Assembly (NCBI RefSeq): GCF_963921235.1
Contig: NC_086108.1
Span: 117,306,001-117,370,000 of the forward strand
DNA length: 64,000 nucleotides
Reading direction: 5' to 3'
From: Mobula hypostoma
Lineage: Eukaryota
The notes under the pieces are model-generated. The model worked only from the letters and a program-made list of their open reading frames with translations, searched no databases and was not told the origin of the DNA. The first letter of the stretch is position 1. Every line of letters begins with the position of its first letter. The translations under genes were made by a program, and so were the position numbers. Positions 1 to 13,229 of the stretch are shown piece by piece.

Positions 1-16
1 GAATGTGTAATCTCAT

Positions 17-677
17 GTGGCTAGGGTGGTGAAGAAAGCTTTTGGTATGCTGGCCTTTATAAATCAGAGCATTGAGTATAGGAGTTGGGATGTAATGTTG
101 AAATTGTATAAGCCATTGGTAAGGCCAAATTTGGAGTATTGTGTACAGTTCTGCTCACCGAATTATAGGAAAGATGTCAATAAAATTGAGAGAGTACGGA
201 GGAGATTTACTAGAATGTAGCCTGCGTTTCATCTCCTAAGTTACAGAGAAAGGTTGAACAAGTTGGGTCTTTATTCTTTGGAGCGTAGAAGGTTGAGGGG
301 GGACTTGAAAGAGGTATTTAAAGTTAGGAGGGGGATAGATAGAATTGACGTGGATAGGCTTTTTCCATTGAGAGTGGGGGAGATTCAAACAAGAGGACAA
401 GAGTTGAGAGTTAAAGGGCAAAAGTTTAGGGGTAACATGAGGGGGAACTTCTTTACTCAGAGAGTGGTAGCTGTGTGGAACGAGCTTCCAGCAGAAGTGG
501 TTGAGACAGGTTCGATGTTGTCATTTAAAGTAAAATTGGATAGATATATGGAAAGGAAAGGAATGGAGGGTTATGGACCGAGTGCAGGTCGGTGGGACTA
601 GGTGAGAGTAAGAGTTCGGCACGGACTAGAGGGGCCGAGGTGGCCTGTTTCCGTGCTGTAATTGTTATATGGTTATA
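17..677 (+). mobile_element. CR1 LINE, 5'-truncated 3' fragment (end of ORF2 + 3' UTR)
   Basis: ORFs 17-220 and 254-601 contain LVRPNLEYCVQF, LYSLERRRLRGDL and FFTQRVV..WNELP, the CR1 ORF2 C-terminus; ends in a short (gttatat)-type tail. Confidence 0.9.
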
Positions 678-1220
678 GTGATGTGCCACAAGGGCTGGTG
701 TTGAGACCACTGCTATTCATTATTTGTATAAATGACTTAATAAGAATGCACAAGGTTGATCGGTAAATTTACCGATGACACAAAATTAGGCGGTGTTGTT
801 GATAGTGAAGAAGGTTGTTGTAGATTACATGTACAATAACAGTATTTCCAGAGGGGCAGATAGTCAGACAGTGTGTATGTCTTTTGCAAACCCTTCCGTA
901 GTTGCACAGACACCTGAAGAGCAGACTATCTGTTGGATGGAAGTGACCAACAACCCTGATAGAGGCAGATGCCAAGTTTTTAAGCTCACCAGTGGGAGGT
1001 GGTGCTTTAGCACTGCTGGCCCACCACCTCGAGGGAGCCTTGATCATAAGCGGGCCGAAACTCCTGAAGGCAGGTGGCAGATCAACTGATGATCCCACCG
1101 GTGATAGCACAGGACAGTTAACATCTTAGTCCACGTGTATTTTCAATTCTGGATCTAGATCAATGAGGGAATGCGCTGAAGAGTGGTTAATGGGTTTCAA
1201 AGAGGTATGAGATGATGCAT
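678..1220 (+). mobile_element. Old degraded CR1 RT fragment, split by an unclassified insert at ~830-1150
   Basis: Reads VPQGLVLRPLLFIICINDL..KFTDDTKLGGVVDSEEGC up to ~829 and resumes as DLDQ..AEEWLMGF at ~1151. Confidence 0.65.
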
Positions 1221-1403
1221 TTGATTTGAATTGAATTGATTTTATTTCTTACATCCTTCACATACACGAGGAGTAAAAACCTTTACGTTACGTCTCCGTT
1301 AGAGCTGCAGATCAGTCCAGTGGAGGACATGATCAGTTGGGTAGGTGGGCTGAGGATCGGCCAATGGGAGCAAAACAACAAATTTCATGTCATATTCAGA
1401 TTC

Positions 1404-1649
1404 AGAACATAGAACACAACAGTACGGTACAGGCCCTTCAGCCCATCATGTTGTACCAATCTTTAACCTACTCTAAGATCAATCTCATTCTTCCTCTTAC
1501 ATGACTGTCCATTTTTCAATCATCCATGTGACTATCTAAGAGTTTCTTCAATGGCCCCCATGAATCTGGCTCTATCACCACCTCTGACAGGGCATTGCAT
1601 GTACTCACCTCTGACTCTCAGTGTAAAAAAATCTATCTCTGACAATACC
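1404..1649 (-). mobile_element. CR1 3' end fragment
   Basis: agaacatagaac tail followed by acaggcccttcagccc, the reverse complement of the CR1 3' UTR seen in other copies. Confidence 0.7.
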
Positions 1650-1661
1650 CAGATTCAGATT

Positions 1662-4600
1662 CATAGAAACATAGAAAACCTACAGCACAATACAGGTCCT
1701 TTAGCCTACAATGCTTTAGAAATTACCTAGGGTTATACATAGCCCTCTATTTTTCTAAGCTCCAAGTACTTATCCAGGAGCCTCTTAAAAGACCCTATCA
1801 TATCCGCCTCCACCACCATCGCCAGCAGCCCATTCCACGCACTCACCACTCACTGTGTAGAAAATTTACCCCTGACACCACCTCTGTACCTACTTCCAAG
1901 CACCTTAAAAGTCTGCCCTCTCGTGTTAGCCATTTCAGCCATGGAAAAAAGCCTCTGACTATCCACATGATCAATGCCTCTCATTATCTTATACACCTCT
2001 ATCAGGTCACCTCTCATCCTCTGTCGCTCCAAGGAGAAAAGGCCAAGTGCACTCAACCTATTCTTGTAAGGCATGCTTCCCAAACCAGGCAACATCCTTG
2101 TAAATCTCCTCTGCACCCTTTCTAAAGTTGCCATATCCTTCCTGTAGTGAGGCAACCAGAACTGAGCACAGTACTCCAAGTGGGGTCTGATCAGTGTCCT
2201 ATATAGCTGTAACATTACCTCTCAGCTCTTAAACTCAATCCCACGATTGATGAAGGCCAATGCACCAAATGCCTTCTTAACCACAGAGTCAACCTGCACA
2301 GCAGCTTTGAGTGTCCTCTGGACTCGGACCCCAAGATCCCTCTGATCCTCCACACTGCCAATATTCTTACCATTAACACTATATTCTGCTATCATATTTG
2401 ACGTACCAAAATTAACCACCTCACACTTATCTGGGTTGAACTCCATCTGCCACTTCTCAGCCCAGTTTTGCATCCTATGAATGTCCCACTGTAACCCCTG
2501 ACAACCCTCTACGCTATCCACAAACCCTCCAACCTTGGTGTCATCAGCAAAGTCACCAACCCATCCCTCCACTTCCTCACTCAGGTCATTTATAAAAATC
2601 ACAAAGAGTAGGGGTCCCAGAACAGATCCCTGAGGCACTACACTGGTCACCGGCCTCCATGCAGAATATGACCCATCTACAACCACTCTTTGCTTTCTGT
2701 GGGCAAGCCAGTTCTGTATCCACAAAGCCAGGTTCCCTGGATCCCATGCCTCCTTACTTTCTCAATAAGTCTTGCATGGGGTACCTTATCAAATGCCTTG
2801 CTGAAATCCATATACACTACATCCACTGCTCTACCTTCATCAATGTGTTTAATCCAATCCTCAAAAAATTCAATCAGGCTCGTAAGGCACGACTTGCCTT
2901 TGACAAAGCCATGCTGACTATTCCTAATCATATTATGTCTCTCCAAATGTTCATAAATCTTGCCTCTCAGGATCTTCTCCATCAAATACCATCCACTGAA
3001 GTAAGACTAACTGGTCTATAATTTCCTGAGCTATCTCTACTCCCTTTCTTGAATAAGGGAACAACATCTGCAACCCTCCAATCCTCTGGAACCTCCCCCA
3101 TCCCCATTGGTGATGCAAAGATCATTGCCAGAGGCTCAGCAATCTCCTTCCTCGCCTCTCACAGTAGCCTGGGGTACATCTCATCCGGTCCCAGTGACTT
3201 ATCCAACTTGATGCTTTCCAAAAGCTCCGGCACATCCTCTTTCTTAATGTCTATGTGCTCAAGCTTTTCAATCCGATGTAAGTAATCCCTACAATTGCCA
3301 AGATCCTTTCCCATAGTGAATACTGAAGCAAAGTATTCATTTAGCACCTTAGCTATCTCCTCCGGTTCCATACACACTCTTCCACTGTCACTCTTGATTG
3401 GTCCTATTCTCCTTTCCTCTTGCTCTTCACATACTTATAGAGTGCCTTGGGGTTTTCTTTGATCCTGCTCACAAAGGCCTTCTCATGGCCCCTTCTGGCT
3501 CTCCTAATTTCATTCTTAAACTCCTTCCTAGCCTTATAATCTTCTAGATCTCTATCATTACCTAGTTTTTTGAACCTTTCATAAGCTCTTCTTTTCTTCT
3601 TGACTAGATTTACAGCAGCCTTTGTACATCACAGTTCCTGTACTCTACCATCCTTTCCATCTCATTGGTACATACCTATGCAGAATTTCACGCAAATATC
3701 CCCTGAACATTTGCCACATTTTTCCGTACATTTCCCTGAGAACATCTGTTCCCAATTTATGCTTCCAATTTCCTGCCTGATAGCTTCATATTTCCCCTTA
3801 CTCTAATTAAACACTTCCTAACTTGTCTATTCCTATCCCTCTCCAATGCTGTCACTATCTCCAAAATGCTCTTCCACTGAGAGACCTGACACCTGACCAG
3901 GTTCATTTCCCAATACCAGATCAAGTATAGCCTCTCCTCTTGTAGGCTTATCTACATATTGTGTCAGGAAACCTTCCTGAACACACCTAACAAACTCCAC
4001 CCCATCTAAACCCCTTGCTTTAGGGAGGTGTCAATCAATATTTGGGAAATTAAAATCTCCCACCATGACAACCTTCTTATGATTACACCTTTCCAGAATC
4101 TGTCTCCCTATCTGTTCCTTGATGTCCCTGTTACTATTGGGTGGTCTATAAGAAACACACAGTCGAGTTATTGACCCCTTCCTGTTTCTAACTTCCACTC
4201 ATAGAGACTCTGTAGACAATACCTCCATGACTTCCTCCTTTTCTGCAGCCGTGACACTATCTCTGATCAACAGTGCCATACACCCACCTCTTTTGCCTCC
4301 CTCCCTGTCCTTTCTGAAGCATCTGAAGTCTGGCACTTTAAGTAACCGTTCCTGTCCCTGAGCCATCCAAGTCTCTATAATGGCCACAACATCATAGCTC
4401 CAAGTACTGATCTATGCTCTAAGCTTATCTGCTTTGTTCATGATGCTTCTTGCATTAAAATAGACACATCTCAAACCATCAGTCTGAGTGTATCCCTTCT
4501 GTATCACCTGCCTATCCTCCCTCTTGCTCTGTCTCCAAGTTTTTCTACATGTGAGCCAACCGCCCCTTCCTCCACCTCTTCAGTTCGGTTCCCACCCCCC

Positions 4601-5350
4601 AGCAATTCTAGTTCAAACTCTCCCCAATAGCCTTAGTAAACATCCCTGCCAGGATATTTGTACCTCTGGGATTCAAGTGCAACCCATCTTCTTGTACAGG
4701 TCACACCTGCCCCAAAAGAGGTCCCAATGATCCAGAAATATGAATCCCTGCCCTGTGCTCCAATCCCTCAGCCACGCAGTTATCCTCCACCTTACTCTAT
4801 ATGTATCCTCGCTGTCGCGTGGCGCAGCCAATAATCCCTAGATTACTACCTTTGAGGTCCTGCTTCTCAACTTCCTTCCAAACTCCCTGTTGTCTGTTTT
4901 CAGGACCTCCTCCCTTTTCCTACCTATGTCATTGGTACCAATATGTATCATGACCTCTGGCTGTTCTCCTTCCTACTTCAGAATATCGTGGACGTGATCA
5001 GAAACATCCCAGACCCTGGCACCTGGGAGGCAAACTACCATCCGCATTTCTTTCCTGCGTCCACAGAATCACCTGTCTGACTCTTTAATTATAGAGTCCC
5101 TTATTAGTCCTGGCTTCTTTCTCTCCCTACCCTTCTGAGCCAAAGGACCAGACTCTGTGCCAGAGGCACGGCCACTGTTGATTCCCCCAGGTAAGCCTTC
5201 CCCACCCCACCCCCACCCCAACAGTACTAAAACTGGAGTACTTATTCTTAAGAGGGACATCCACAGGGGTACTCCCTAGGATCTGACCCTTTTCCTTCCC
5301 TCTGCTGAGTGTTACCCTTACCTGTCTCCTGAGGCCCCGGTGTGACTACG
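1662..5350 (-). mobile_element. Near full-length CR1 LINE (ORF1 esterase part + ORF2 APE/RT), disrupted
   Basis: Minus-strand ORFs give AIIETWMAQGQE (APE), [25 protein letters not shown] and FADDTK (RT); ORF1 remnant at ~4610-5350; flanked by cagattcagatt at 1650-1661 and 5351-5362. Confidence 0.93.
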
Positions 5351-5559
5351 CAGATTCAGATTAAGATTATATTTATCGCACGTATGTCAAAGCCTGTGGA
5401 TGCTTCATTTGCGTTAACACCGTGGACGTGCTGGGGACAAATGTTGCCCCACGTTCTTGTGCCAACATAGCATACCCACAATGTCAGTTAGTAATATAAA
5501 TCTAATCCAGGTAACTGTGAGGAATTGCACTTTGCGATAGGTTGTCACAGTGAAGAGTA

Positions 5560-6190
5560 GAGTCTGGGGAGTGCTGTAGGAGAGGATGACCGAGGAGTAC
5601 AGACACATGGTTCCCTGATTGTTGCAATACACATAGACATGATAATGAAATGGGTAATTAGCACACTGGCCTTCGTCAATCACAGCACTGAGTACACGAG
5701 TTGGGAAGTTATGTTGCAATTGTACAATATTGGTTAGGCTGTATCTGGAGTATTGTGTACAGTTTTAATTTCCTGTTCCAGGAGAGACTCTGTTAAACTA
5801 AAGCAAGTGAAGCAATAGTTTAAGAGAATGTTGCCCAGACTCAAGCACCTGAGTTATAGAGAGAGGTTTGGTAGGCTAGGACTTTATTCCATAGAGCACG
5901 GAGACTGAGGGGAGTATAAAATCATGACTCTTCAGAGCTGGGAGAATGAGGGAGAATTCTCCCAGGGAGAATCATGACTTTATTCCTTACGGCATGGGAG
6001 ACTGAGGGGAGTATAAAATAATGACTATTCAGAGCTGTGAGACTGAGGAATGTATAAGGTTATGGGGAGAAGGCCAGGAACTGGTGTTGAGGACGAGATT
6101 TTAAAAAAAGGATCAGCCATGATTGAATAGCGGAGCAAACTCGATGGGCCAAATGGCCTAATTCTGCTCCTATGTTTTATGGTCTTATGG
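5560..6190 (+). mobile_element. Old degraded CR1 3' fragment
   Basis: ctggagtattgtgtacagttt, ctaggactttattcc and the 3' UTR motif gatgggccaaatggcctaattctgctcc; contains a small internal tandem duplication (gagactgagg..) at ~5900-6050. Confidence 0.7.
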
Positions 6191-6454
6191 AGACAGCCAA
6201 AGTCTATAGAAGAATTGTGGCAAGTTCCCCAAGCTGATTTTCTTACGTTTACCTCAGTGTACCTCAGAGTACCTCAGAGAATTGATGCAGTTTAAAGGCA
6301 AAGGGCGATCACCCCAAACATTGATTTAATTTAATTTTTTTACTGTTTGCTGCTCTTTATAGTGATTTTTTTGATATTTAGTAAGATTTCATTACAGCAT
6401 TTTTGAAACCATCTTCACTTTTTACATGTGCCTAAGACTTCTCACAGTACTGTA
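6191..6454 (+). mobile_element. Tc1-like DNA transposon 3' remnant
   Basis: Degenerate RQPKSIEELWQV...RIDAV.KAKG.H.K transposase C-terminus, then a Tc1-type terminal repeat gtgcctaagacttctcacagtactg ending at 6452 and followed by TA. Confidence 0.75.
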
Positions 6455-6762
6455 AACGCATCAATACTCCATTAATGAGCTGGGTGGTTTCTGTCCGAGA
6501 AGCTTCTTCTGCAGTTGATGTGTTTACAGATTATATCAATCCTAGCACCATGCTCTGCAGATGATATACATCTGAAACAGAAATGGTGAGCACTGGAGAC
6601 ACCAAAGAGTCAGACAGCTGGACAACAGCTGGGGAAAAGGAAAGGAAGTTCATCTCAGAGCTGAGGAAGCAAGACCACCAAGTTAGGCTGAAGTTGGAGA
6701 GAAGTTGGTGGAAATGCACAACAGGTTAGGCTGCACCTCTGGGGAACTAAGCGGCCCCCCTA

Positions 6763-6835
6763 CGAAACGTCAACCCTGTTCCTCTCCAGAGATGCTCTCT
6801 GACCTGCTGGCTGACTCCAGCATTTCCTGATTTTA
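6763..6835 (+). mobile_element. Degenerate Penelope-like pseudo-LTR remnant
   Basis: cgaaacgtcaacc..ccagagatgct..gacctgctgg..tccagcattt resembles 45348-45418. Confidence 0.6.
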
Positions 6836-6857
6836 AAGTCCATAAGACCATGAGTCA

Positions 6858-8182
6858 TATGGAAAGCTGTTGGAAAAGATTCTTAGAGATAGGATCTATA
6901 GGCATTCAGAGAATCATGGTCTGATCAGGGACAGTCAGCATGGCTTTGTGAAGGGCAGATCGTGTCTAACAAGCCTGATAGAGTTCTTTGAGGAGGTGAC
7001 CAGGCATATAGATAAGGGTAGTGCAGCGGATGTGATCTATATGGATTTTAGTAAGGCATTTGACAAGGTTCCACACGGTAGGCTTATTCAGAAAGTTAGA
7101 AGGCATGGGATCCAGGGAAGTTTGGCCAGGTGGATTCAGAATTGGCTTGCCTGCAGAAGGCAGAGGGTGGTGGTGGAGGGAGTACATTCAGATTGGAGGA
7201 TTGTGACTAGTGGTGTCCCACAAGGATCTGTTCTGGGACCTCTACTTTTCATGATTTTTATTAACGACCTGGATGTGGGGGTAGAAGGGTGGGTTGGCAA
7301 GTTTGGAGATGACACAAAGGTTGGTGGTGTTGTAGATAGTGTAGAGGATTGTCAAAGATTGCAGAGAGACATTGATAGGATGCAGGAGTGGGCTGAGAAG
7401 TGGCAGATGGAGTTCAACCCAGAGAAGTGTGAGGTGGTACACTTTGGAAGGACAAACTCCAAGGCAGAGTACAAAGTAAATGGCAGGATACTTGGTAGTG
7501 TGGAGGAGCAGAGGGATCTTGGGGTACATGTCCACAGATCCCTGAAAGTTGCCTCACAGGTGGATAGGGTAGTTAAGAAAGCTTATGGGGTGTTAGCGGA
7601 TAGAGTTTAAGAGTCACGATGTAATGATGCAGCTCTATAAAAGTCTGGTTAGGTCACACTTGGTGTACTGTGTCCAGTTCTGATCACCTCACTATAGGAA
7701 GGATGTGGAAGCATTGGAAAGGGTACAGAGGAGATTTACCAGGATGCTGCCTGGTTTCGAAAGTATGCATTATGATCAGAGATTAAGGGAGCTAGGGCTT
7801 TACTCTTTGGAGAGAAGGAGGATGAGAGGAGACATGATAGAGGTGTACAAGATAATAAGAGGAATAGATAGAGTGGATAGCCAGCACCTCTTCCCCAGGG
7901 CACCACTGCTCAATACAAGAGGACATGGCTTTAAGGTAAGGGGTGGGAAGTTCAAGGGGGATATTAGAGGAAGGTTTTTTACTCAGAGAGTGGTTGGTGC
8001 ATGGAATGCACTGCCTGAGTCAGTGGTGGAAGCAGATACACTCGTGAAGTTTAAGAGACTACTAGACAGGTATATGGAGGAATTTAAGGTGGGGTCTTAT
8101 ATGGGAGGCAGGGTTTGAGGGTGGGCACAACATTGTGGGCCAAAGGGCCTGTACTGTGCTGTACTATTCTATGTTCTTTGTT
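6858..8182 (+). mobile_element. CR1 LINE, 5'-truncated (RT + 3' UTR), young subfamily
   Basis: ORFs 6870-7610 and 7705-8118 carry the full RT motif set; nearly identical to 48838-50058; ends in a ttctatgttct tail. Confidence 0.95.
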
Positions 8183-8879
8183 CCCACCTGAGTCACAGAG
8201 GCAATCTCAGTCCTAGCGACCCAATCATTGTGAGTTTCCTCTGTTAGGTCTCCCCGATGACAGTATCCAAAATGACATACATGTACCTGTTGAGGAGGTT
8301 GGCCATAGGGGTAATCTGTGCTGGTTCGTTAGCTCCTTTCCTCTTCCTGATTGTCACCCAGAGAGAATATCTTCACTCAGAGGGTGGTGGGAGTGTGGAA
8401 CAAGCTGCCAGTGGAAGTGGTGGATTTCAGCACTTAACAGAAGTTTGGATGGGTACATGGATGGGAGGTGTAGGGGGGATATAGTACAGGTCGATGGGAG
8501 TAGGTCGAAGATCAGCTCAGCATGGACCAGATGAGTTTCTGTTTCTGTGCTGTAGTGCTGACAGAGTCAAGTGTGGTAAATGAACAGAACTAGCTGCACA
8601 GCCAAAGCAAACAGAACCTGACATTATTCTCTCCCCACAATCCTATCCCAGGGGCAGGGCTGAGGTATGCGTATCGGCCACACGGTTACACCTCCCTTTG
8701 TTGGATACAGTTTGTGTTGGGCATAGATATCACCTTCCTCTGAGGAGGGCCTTGTTGGCTGCATGTTTCTGGCCACTATTTCATTAACTACAGAATATCT
8801 CATTGCCACAGTGGGTAGAGTCACAGCTTTACAGCTCCAGAGACTCAGATTTAATCCAGACCCCCAGCACTCTGTGTGT

Positions 8880-9213
8880 GGTCAGACTGTACTCGGAGTA
8901 TCATGACCAGTTTTGGGCCCCTTATCGAATGAAAAATGTGCAGGTGATGGAGAGCGTCCAGCAGAGATTCATGAGAAAGATTCCCAGATGAAAGAGTTAA
9001 TGTATGAGGTGTGTTTGATGACTCTGGGCCTGTACTCACTGGAGTTTAGAAGAATAAGGGGGGGGAATCTCATTGAAACCTAATGAATGGTGAAAGGATT
9101 TGATAGAGCAGATGTGGAGAGGATGTTTCCTATAGTAGGGATGTCTAGGACCAGAGGACACACCTTCAGAATAGAGTGACATACCTTTAGATGAGAAGAA
9201 ATTTCTTTAGCCA
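8880..9213 (+). mobile_element. Older CR1 3' fragment (host), resuming at ~12315-12530
   Basis: ...aatttctttagccag breaks at ~9213 and continues as ggtggtgaatctgtggaattc at ~12315, contiguous in other CR1 copies. Confidence 0.75.
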
Positions 9214-12200
9214 GCGCAAGAGAGACGGGTTACACCTGAACTACAAGGGGACCAATATCCTTGCAGGGAGGTTTGTTAGTGCTTTTGGGAAGGGTTTAAA
9301 CTAGACTTTCAGGGGGATGGGAACCAGAGTGCCAGAGCAGATAGTGGAGCGGGGGTGAAAATAAATGATGTTAAAAATTCCTGCAAAGTCACAAATAGAA
9401 GGGTTGTGTGTGGTGGTAATAATCTTCTGAGGTGTGTCTATTTCAATGCAAGGAGTATTGTGGGGAAGGCTGACGAGCTGAGGGTGTGGATTGAAACATG
9501 GAATTACGACATCATAGCCATTGGTGAAACTTGGCTACAGGAGGGGCAGGACTGGCAGCTTACTATTCCAGGATTCCGATGTTTCAGACGTGATAGAGGC
9601 AGAGGAATGAAGGGTGGGGGGGGGGGCGCTGGCATTGCTAGTCAGGGAAAATGTTACAGCAGTGCTCAGGCAGGACAGATTAGAGGGCTTGTCTACCGAA
9701 GCCATATGGGTGGAGCTGAGAAACAGGAAAGGTATGACCACATTAATGAGGTTGTATTATAGACCACCCAATAGTCAGCGAGAATTGGAGGAGTAAATCT
9801 GCAAAGAGATAGCAGACAACTGCAGGAAACATAAAGTTGTGATAGTAGAGGATTTTAATTTTCCACATATTGATTGGGATTCCCATACTGTTAAAGGTCT
9901 AGACAGGTTAGAGTTTGTAAAATGTGTTCAGGAAAGTTTTCTAAATCAATATATAGAGGTACTAACCAGAGAGGATGCAATATTAGATCTCCTATTAGGA
10001 AACGAGTTAGGACAGGTGACGGAAGTGTGTGTAGGGGAGCACTTTGGTTCCAGCGATCATAACACTATTAGTTTCAACTTGATCATGGATAAAGATAGAT
10101 CTGGTCCTTGGGTTGAGATTCTATACTGGAAAAAGGCCAAGTTTGAAGAAATGAGAAAGGATCTAAGAAGTATGGATTGGGACAGGTTGTTCTCTGGCAA
10201 GGATGTGATTGGTAAGTGGGAGGCCTTCAAAGGAGAAATTTTGAGAGTGCAGAGTTTGTATGTTCCTGTCAGGATTAAAGGCAAAGTGAGTAAGAATAAG
10301 GAACCTTGGTTCTCAAGGGATATTGGAACTCTGATAAAGAAGAAAAGAGAGATGTATGACACGTAAAGGAAACAGGGAGCAAATAAGGTCCTTGAGGAAT
10401 ATAAAAAGTGTAAAATAATAGTTAAGGAAGAAATCAGGAGGGCTAAAAGAAGACATGAGGTTGCTTTAGCGGTCAAGGTGAAAGATAATCCAAAGAGCTT
10501 CTACAGGTATATTAACAGCAAAAGGATAGGAAGGGATAAAATTGGTCCTCTTGAAGATCAGAGTGGTCGGCTATGTGCGGAACCAAAAGAAATGGGGGAG
10601 ATCTTAATTGGGTTTTTTGCGTCTGTATTTACTAAGGAAACTGTCATGGAGTCAATGGAAATAAGGCAAACAAGTAGTGAGGTCATGGAACCTATACAGA
10701 TTGAAGAGGAGGAGGTGCTTGCTACCTTTAGGCAAATCAGAGCAGATGAATCCCCAGGACCTGACAGGGTATTCCCTCGGACCTTGAAGGAGATTAATGT
10801 TGAAATTGCAGGGCCCCTGGCAGACATATTTAAGATGTTGGTATCTACATGTGAGGTGCCGGAGGATTGGAGGATAGTTCATGTTGATCCGTTGTTTTAA
10901 AAAGGCTCTAAAAGTAATCCAGGAAATTATAGGCCGGTAAATTTGACATTGGTAGTTGGTAAATTATTGGAAGGAGTACTAAGAGATAGGATCTACAAGT
11001 ATTTGGATAGACAGGGACTTATTAGGGAGAGTCAACATGGCTTTGTAAGTGGTAGGTCACGTTTAACAAATCTATTGAAGTCTTTCGAGGAGGTTACCAG
11101 GAATGTCGATGAAGGGAAGGCAGTGGATATTGTCTACATGGACTTCAGTAAGGCCTTTGACAAGATCCTGCATGGGAGGTTAGTTAGGAAGATTCAGTCA
11201 CTAGGTATACATGGAGAGGTGGTAAATTGGATTAGACATTGGCTCAATGGAAGAAGCCAAAGAGTGGTGGTAGAGAATTGCTTCTCTGAGTGGAGGCTTG
11301 TGACTAGTGGTGTGCCACAGGGATCAGTGCTGGGTCCATTGTTATTTGTCATCTATATCAATGATCTGGATGATAATGTGGTAAATTGGATCAGCAAATT
11401 TGCTGATGATACAAAGATTGGAGGTGTAGTGGACAGCGAGGAAGGTTTTCAAAGCTTGCAGAGGGATTTGGACCAGCTGGAAAAAATGGGTTGAAAAATG
11501 ACAGTTGGAGTTTAATACAGACAAGTATGAGGTATTTCACTTTGGAAGGACAAACCAAGGTAGAACATACAAGGTAAATGGTAAGGCACTGAGGAGTGTA
11601 GTAGAACAGAGGGATCTGGGAATACAGATACAAAATTCTCTAAAAATACCGTTGCAGGTAGATAGGGTCATAAAGAGAGCTTTTGGTACATTGGCCTTTA
11701 TAAATCAAAATATTGAATATAAGAGTTGGAATGTTATGATGAGGTTGTATAAGGTATTGGTGAGGCCGAATTGTGTGCAGTTTTGGTCAACAAATTACAG
11801 GAAGGATATTAATAAGGTTGAAAGAGTGCAGAGAAGGTTTACAAGGATGTTGCCGGGACTTGAGAAACTCAGTTACAGAGAAAGGTTGAATAGGTTAGGA
11901 CTTTATTCCCTGGAGCGTAGAAGAATGAAGGGAGATTTGATAGAGGTATATAAAATAATGATGGGTATAGATAGAGTGAATGCAAGCAGGCTTTTTCCAC
12001 TGAGGCAAGGGGAGGTAAAAAACAGAGGACATGGGTTAAGGGTGAGGGGGGAAAAGTTTAAAGGGAACATTAGGGGGGTCTTCTTCACACAGAAAGTGGT
12101 GGGAGTGTGGAATGAGCTGCCAGATGAAGTGGTAAATGCGGGCTTACTTTTAACATTTAAGAAAAACTTGGACAGGTACATGGATGGGGGGTGTATGGAA

Positions 12201-12314
12201 GGATATGGTCCAGGTGCAGGTCAGTGGGACGAGGCAGAAAAATGGTTCGGCACAGCCAAAAAGGGCCAAAAGACCTGTTTCTCTGCTGTAATGTTCTATG
12301 TTTCTATGTTCTAT
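9214..12314 (+). mobile_element. CR1 LINE: ORF1 C-terminus + complete but disrupted ORF2
   Basis: DGLHLN (ORF1 end), CVYFNARSIVGK, DFNFPHIDW and SDHN (APE), [11 protein letters not shown] and KFADDTKIGG (RT); several stops and frameshifts; (ttctatg)n tail at ~12293-12314. Confidence 0.95.
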
Positions 12315-12531
12315 GGTGGTGAATCTGTGGAATTCATTGCCACAGACGGCTGTGGAAGTCGTCATTAGGTATACTTAAAGCAGAGATTGATAGGTTCTTG
12401 ATTTGTTAGGGCATCAAAGTTTACAAAAAGAAAGCAGGGGAAGGGGATGAGAGGGATAATAAATCAGCCATGATGGAATAGAGGAGCAGCTTGATGGGCC
12501 AAATGGCCTAATTCTGCTCCTTTGTCTTATA

Positions 12532-12640
12532 GTTTCCTTTGTGATTGTGTGGGTTTCCCTTGGGGGCTCTAGTTTTACCACATCCCAAAGACATGTGGTT
12601 CAGAAGTTTAAATGGCTGCTGTAAGTTGTCTCTCATGGTA
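12532..12640 (+). mobile_element. HE1/V-SINE-like fragment
   Basis: tgtgtgggtttccc..ccacatcccaaagacatgtg matches the fuller copy at 46611-46935. Confidence 0.65.
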
Positions 12641-12759
12641 GAATCAGAAGAGAAAGATGAAATTTGATTTATAAGGAGAGACAAGATAGACTGGGGCTGG
12701 TTTCCCTGGAGCGTAAGAGGCTGAGGGGTGACTTTATAGGCATTTATTAAGAGACACAG

Positions 12760-13152
12760 CTGCAGGAAGTTGTAAACTCAGCCAGCTCCATTGTGGCCGT
12801 CAGTTTCTTGGGCATCCATGTGGCATCAATCACTAAGGACCCCCATCGCCCCATCACCCAGGACATGCCCGGTTCTCATTGCTACCATCAAGGAGAAGGT
12901 ACGGGAGCCTGAAGACACACACTCAATGTTTGAGGAGCAGCTTCTTCCCCTCCACCATCAGATTTCTGAATGGGCGATGAACCCATGAACACCACCTCAC
13001 TATTTTCCCTCTCTTTTTACACTACCTATTTCATTTTTAATATATATTTATTGTAGTTTATAGGTTTAAAAAATACTAGTCTGTTTTGTAATACCCTGCT
13101 GCCACAAAACACCAAAACTAACATATGCTAATGATATGAAACCTGATTCTGA
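12760..13152 (+). mobile_element. Rex1/Babar-type LINE 3' fragment
   Basis: Encodes FSLLPSRRRYGSLKTHTQCLRSSFFP, the C-terminal motif also seen in the 36889-38229 element; 3' UTR ends in cctgattctga. Confidence 0.7.
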
Positions 13153-13229
13153 CTGTGATTCTAGCAACAATCTATTATCCTGACATGAGAAAATCTGAAG
13201 ATGCTGGCAATTCAAGCCACTCTTTTCCT

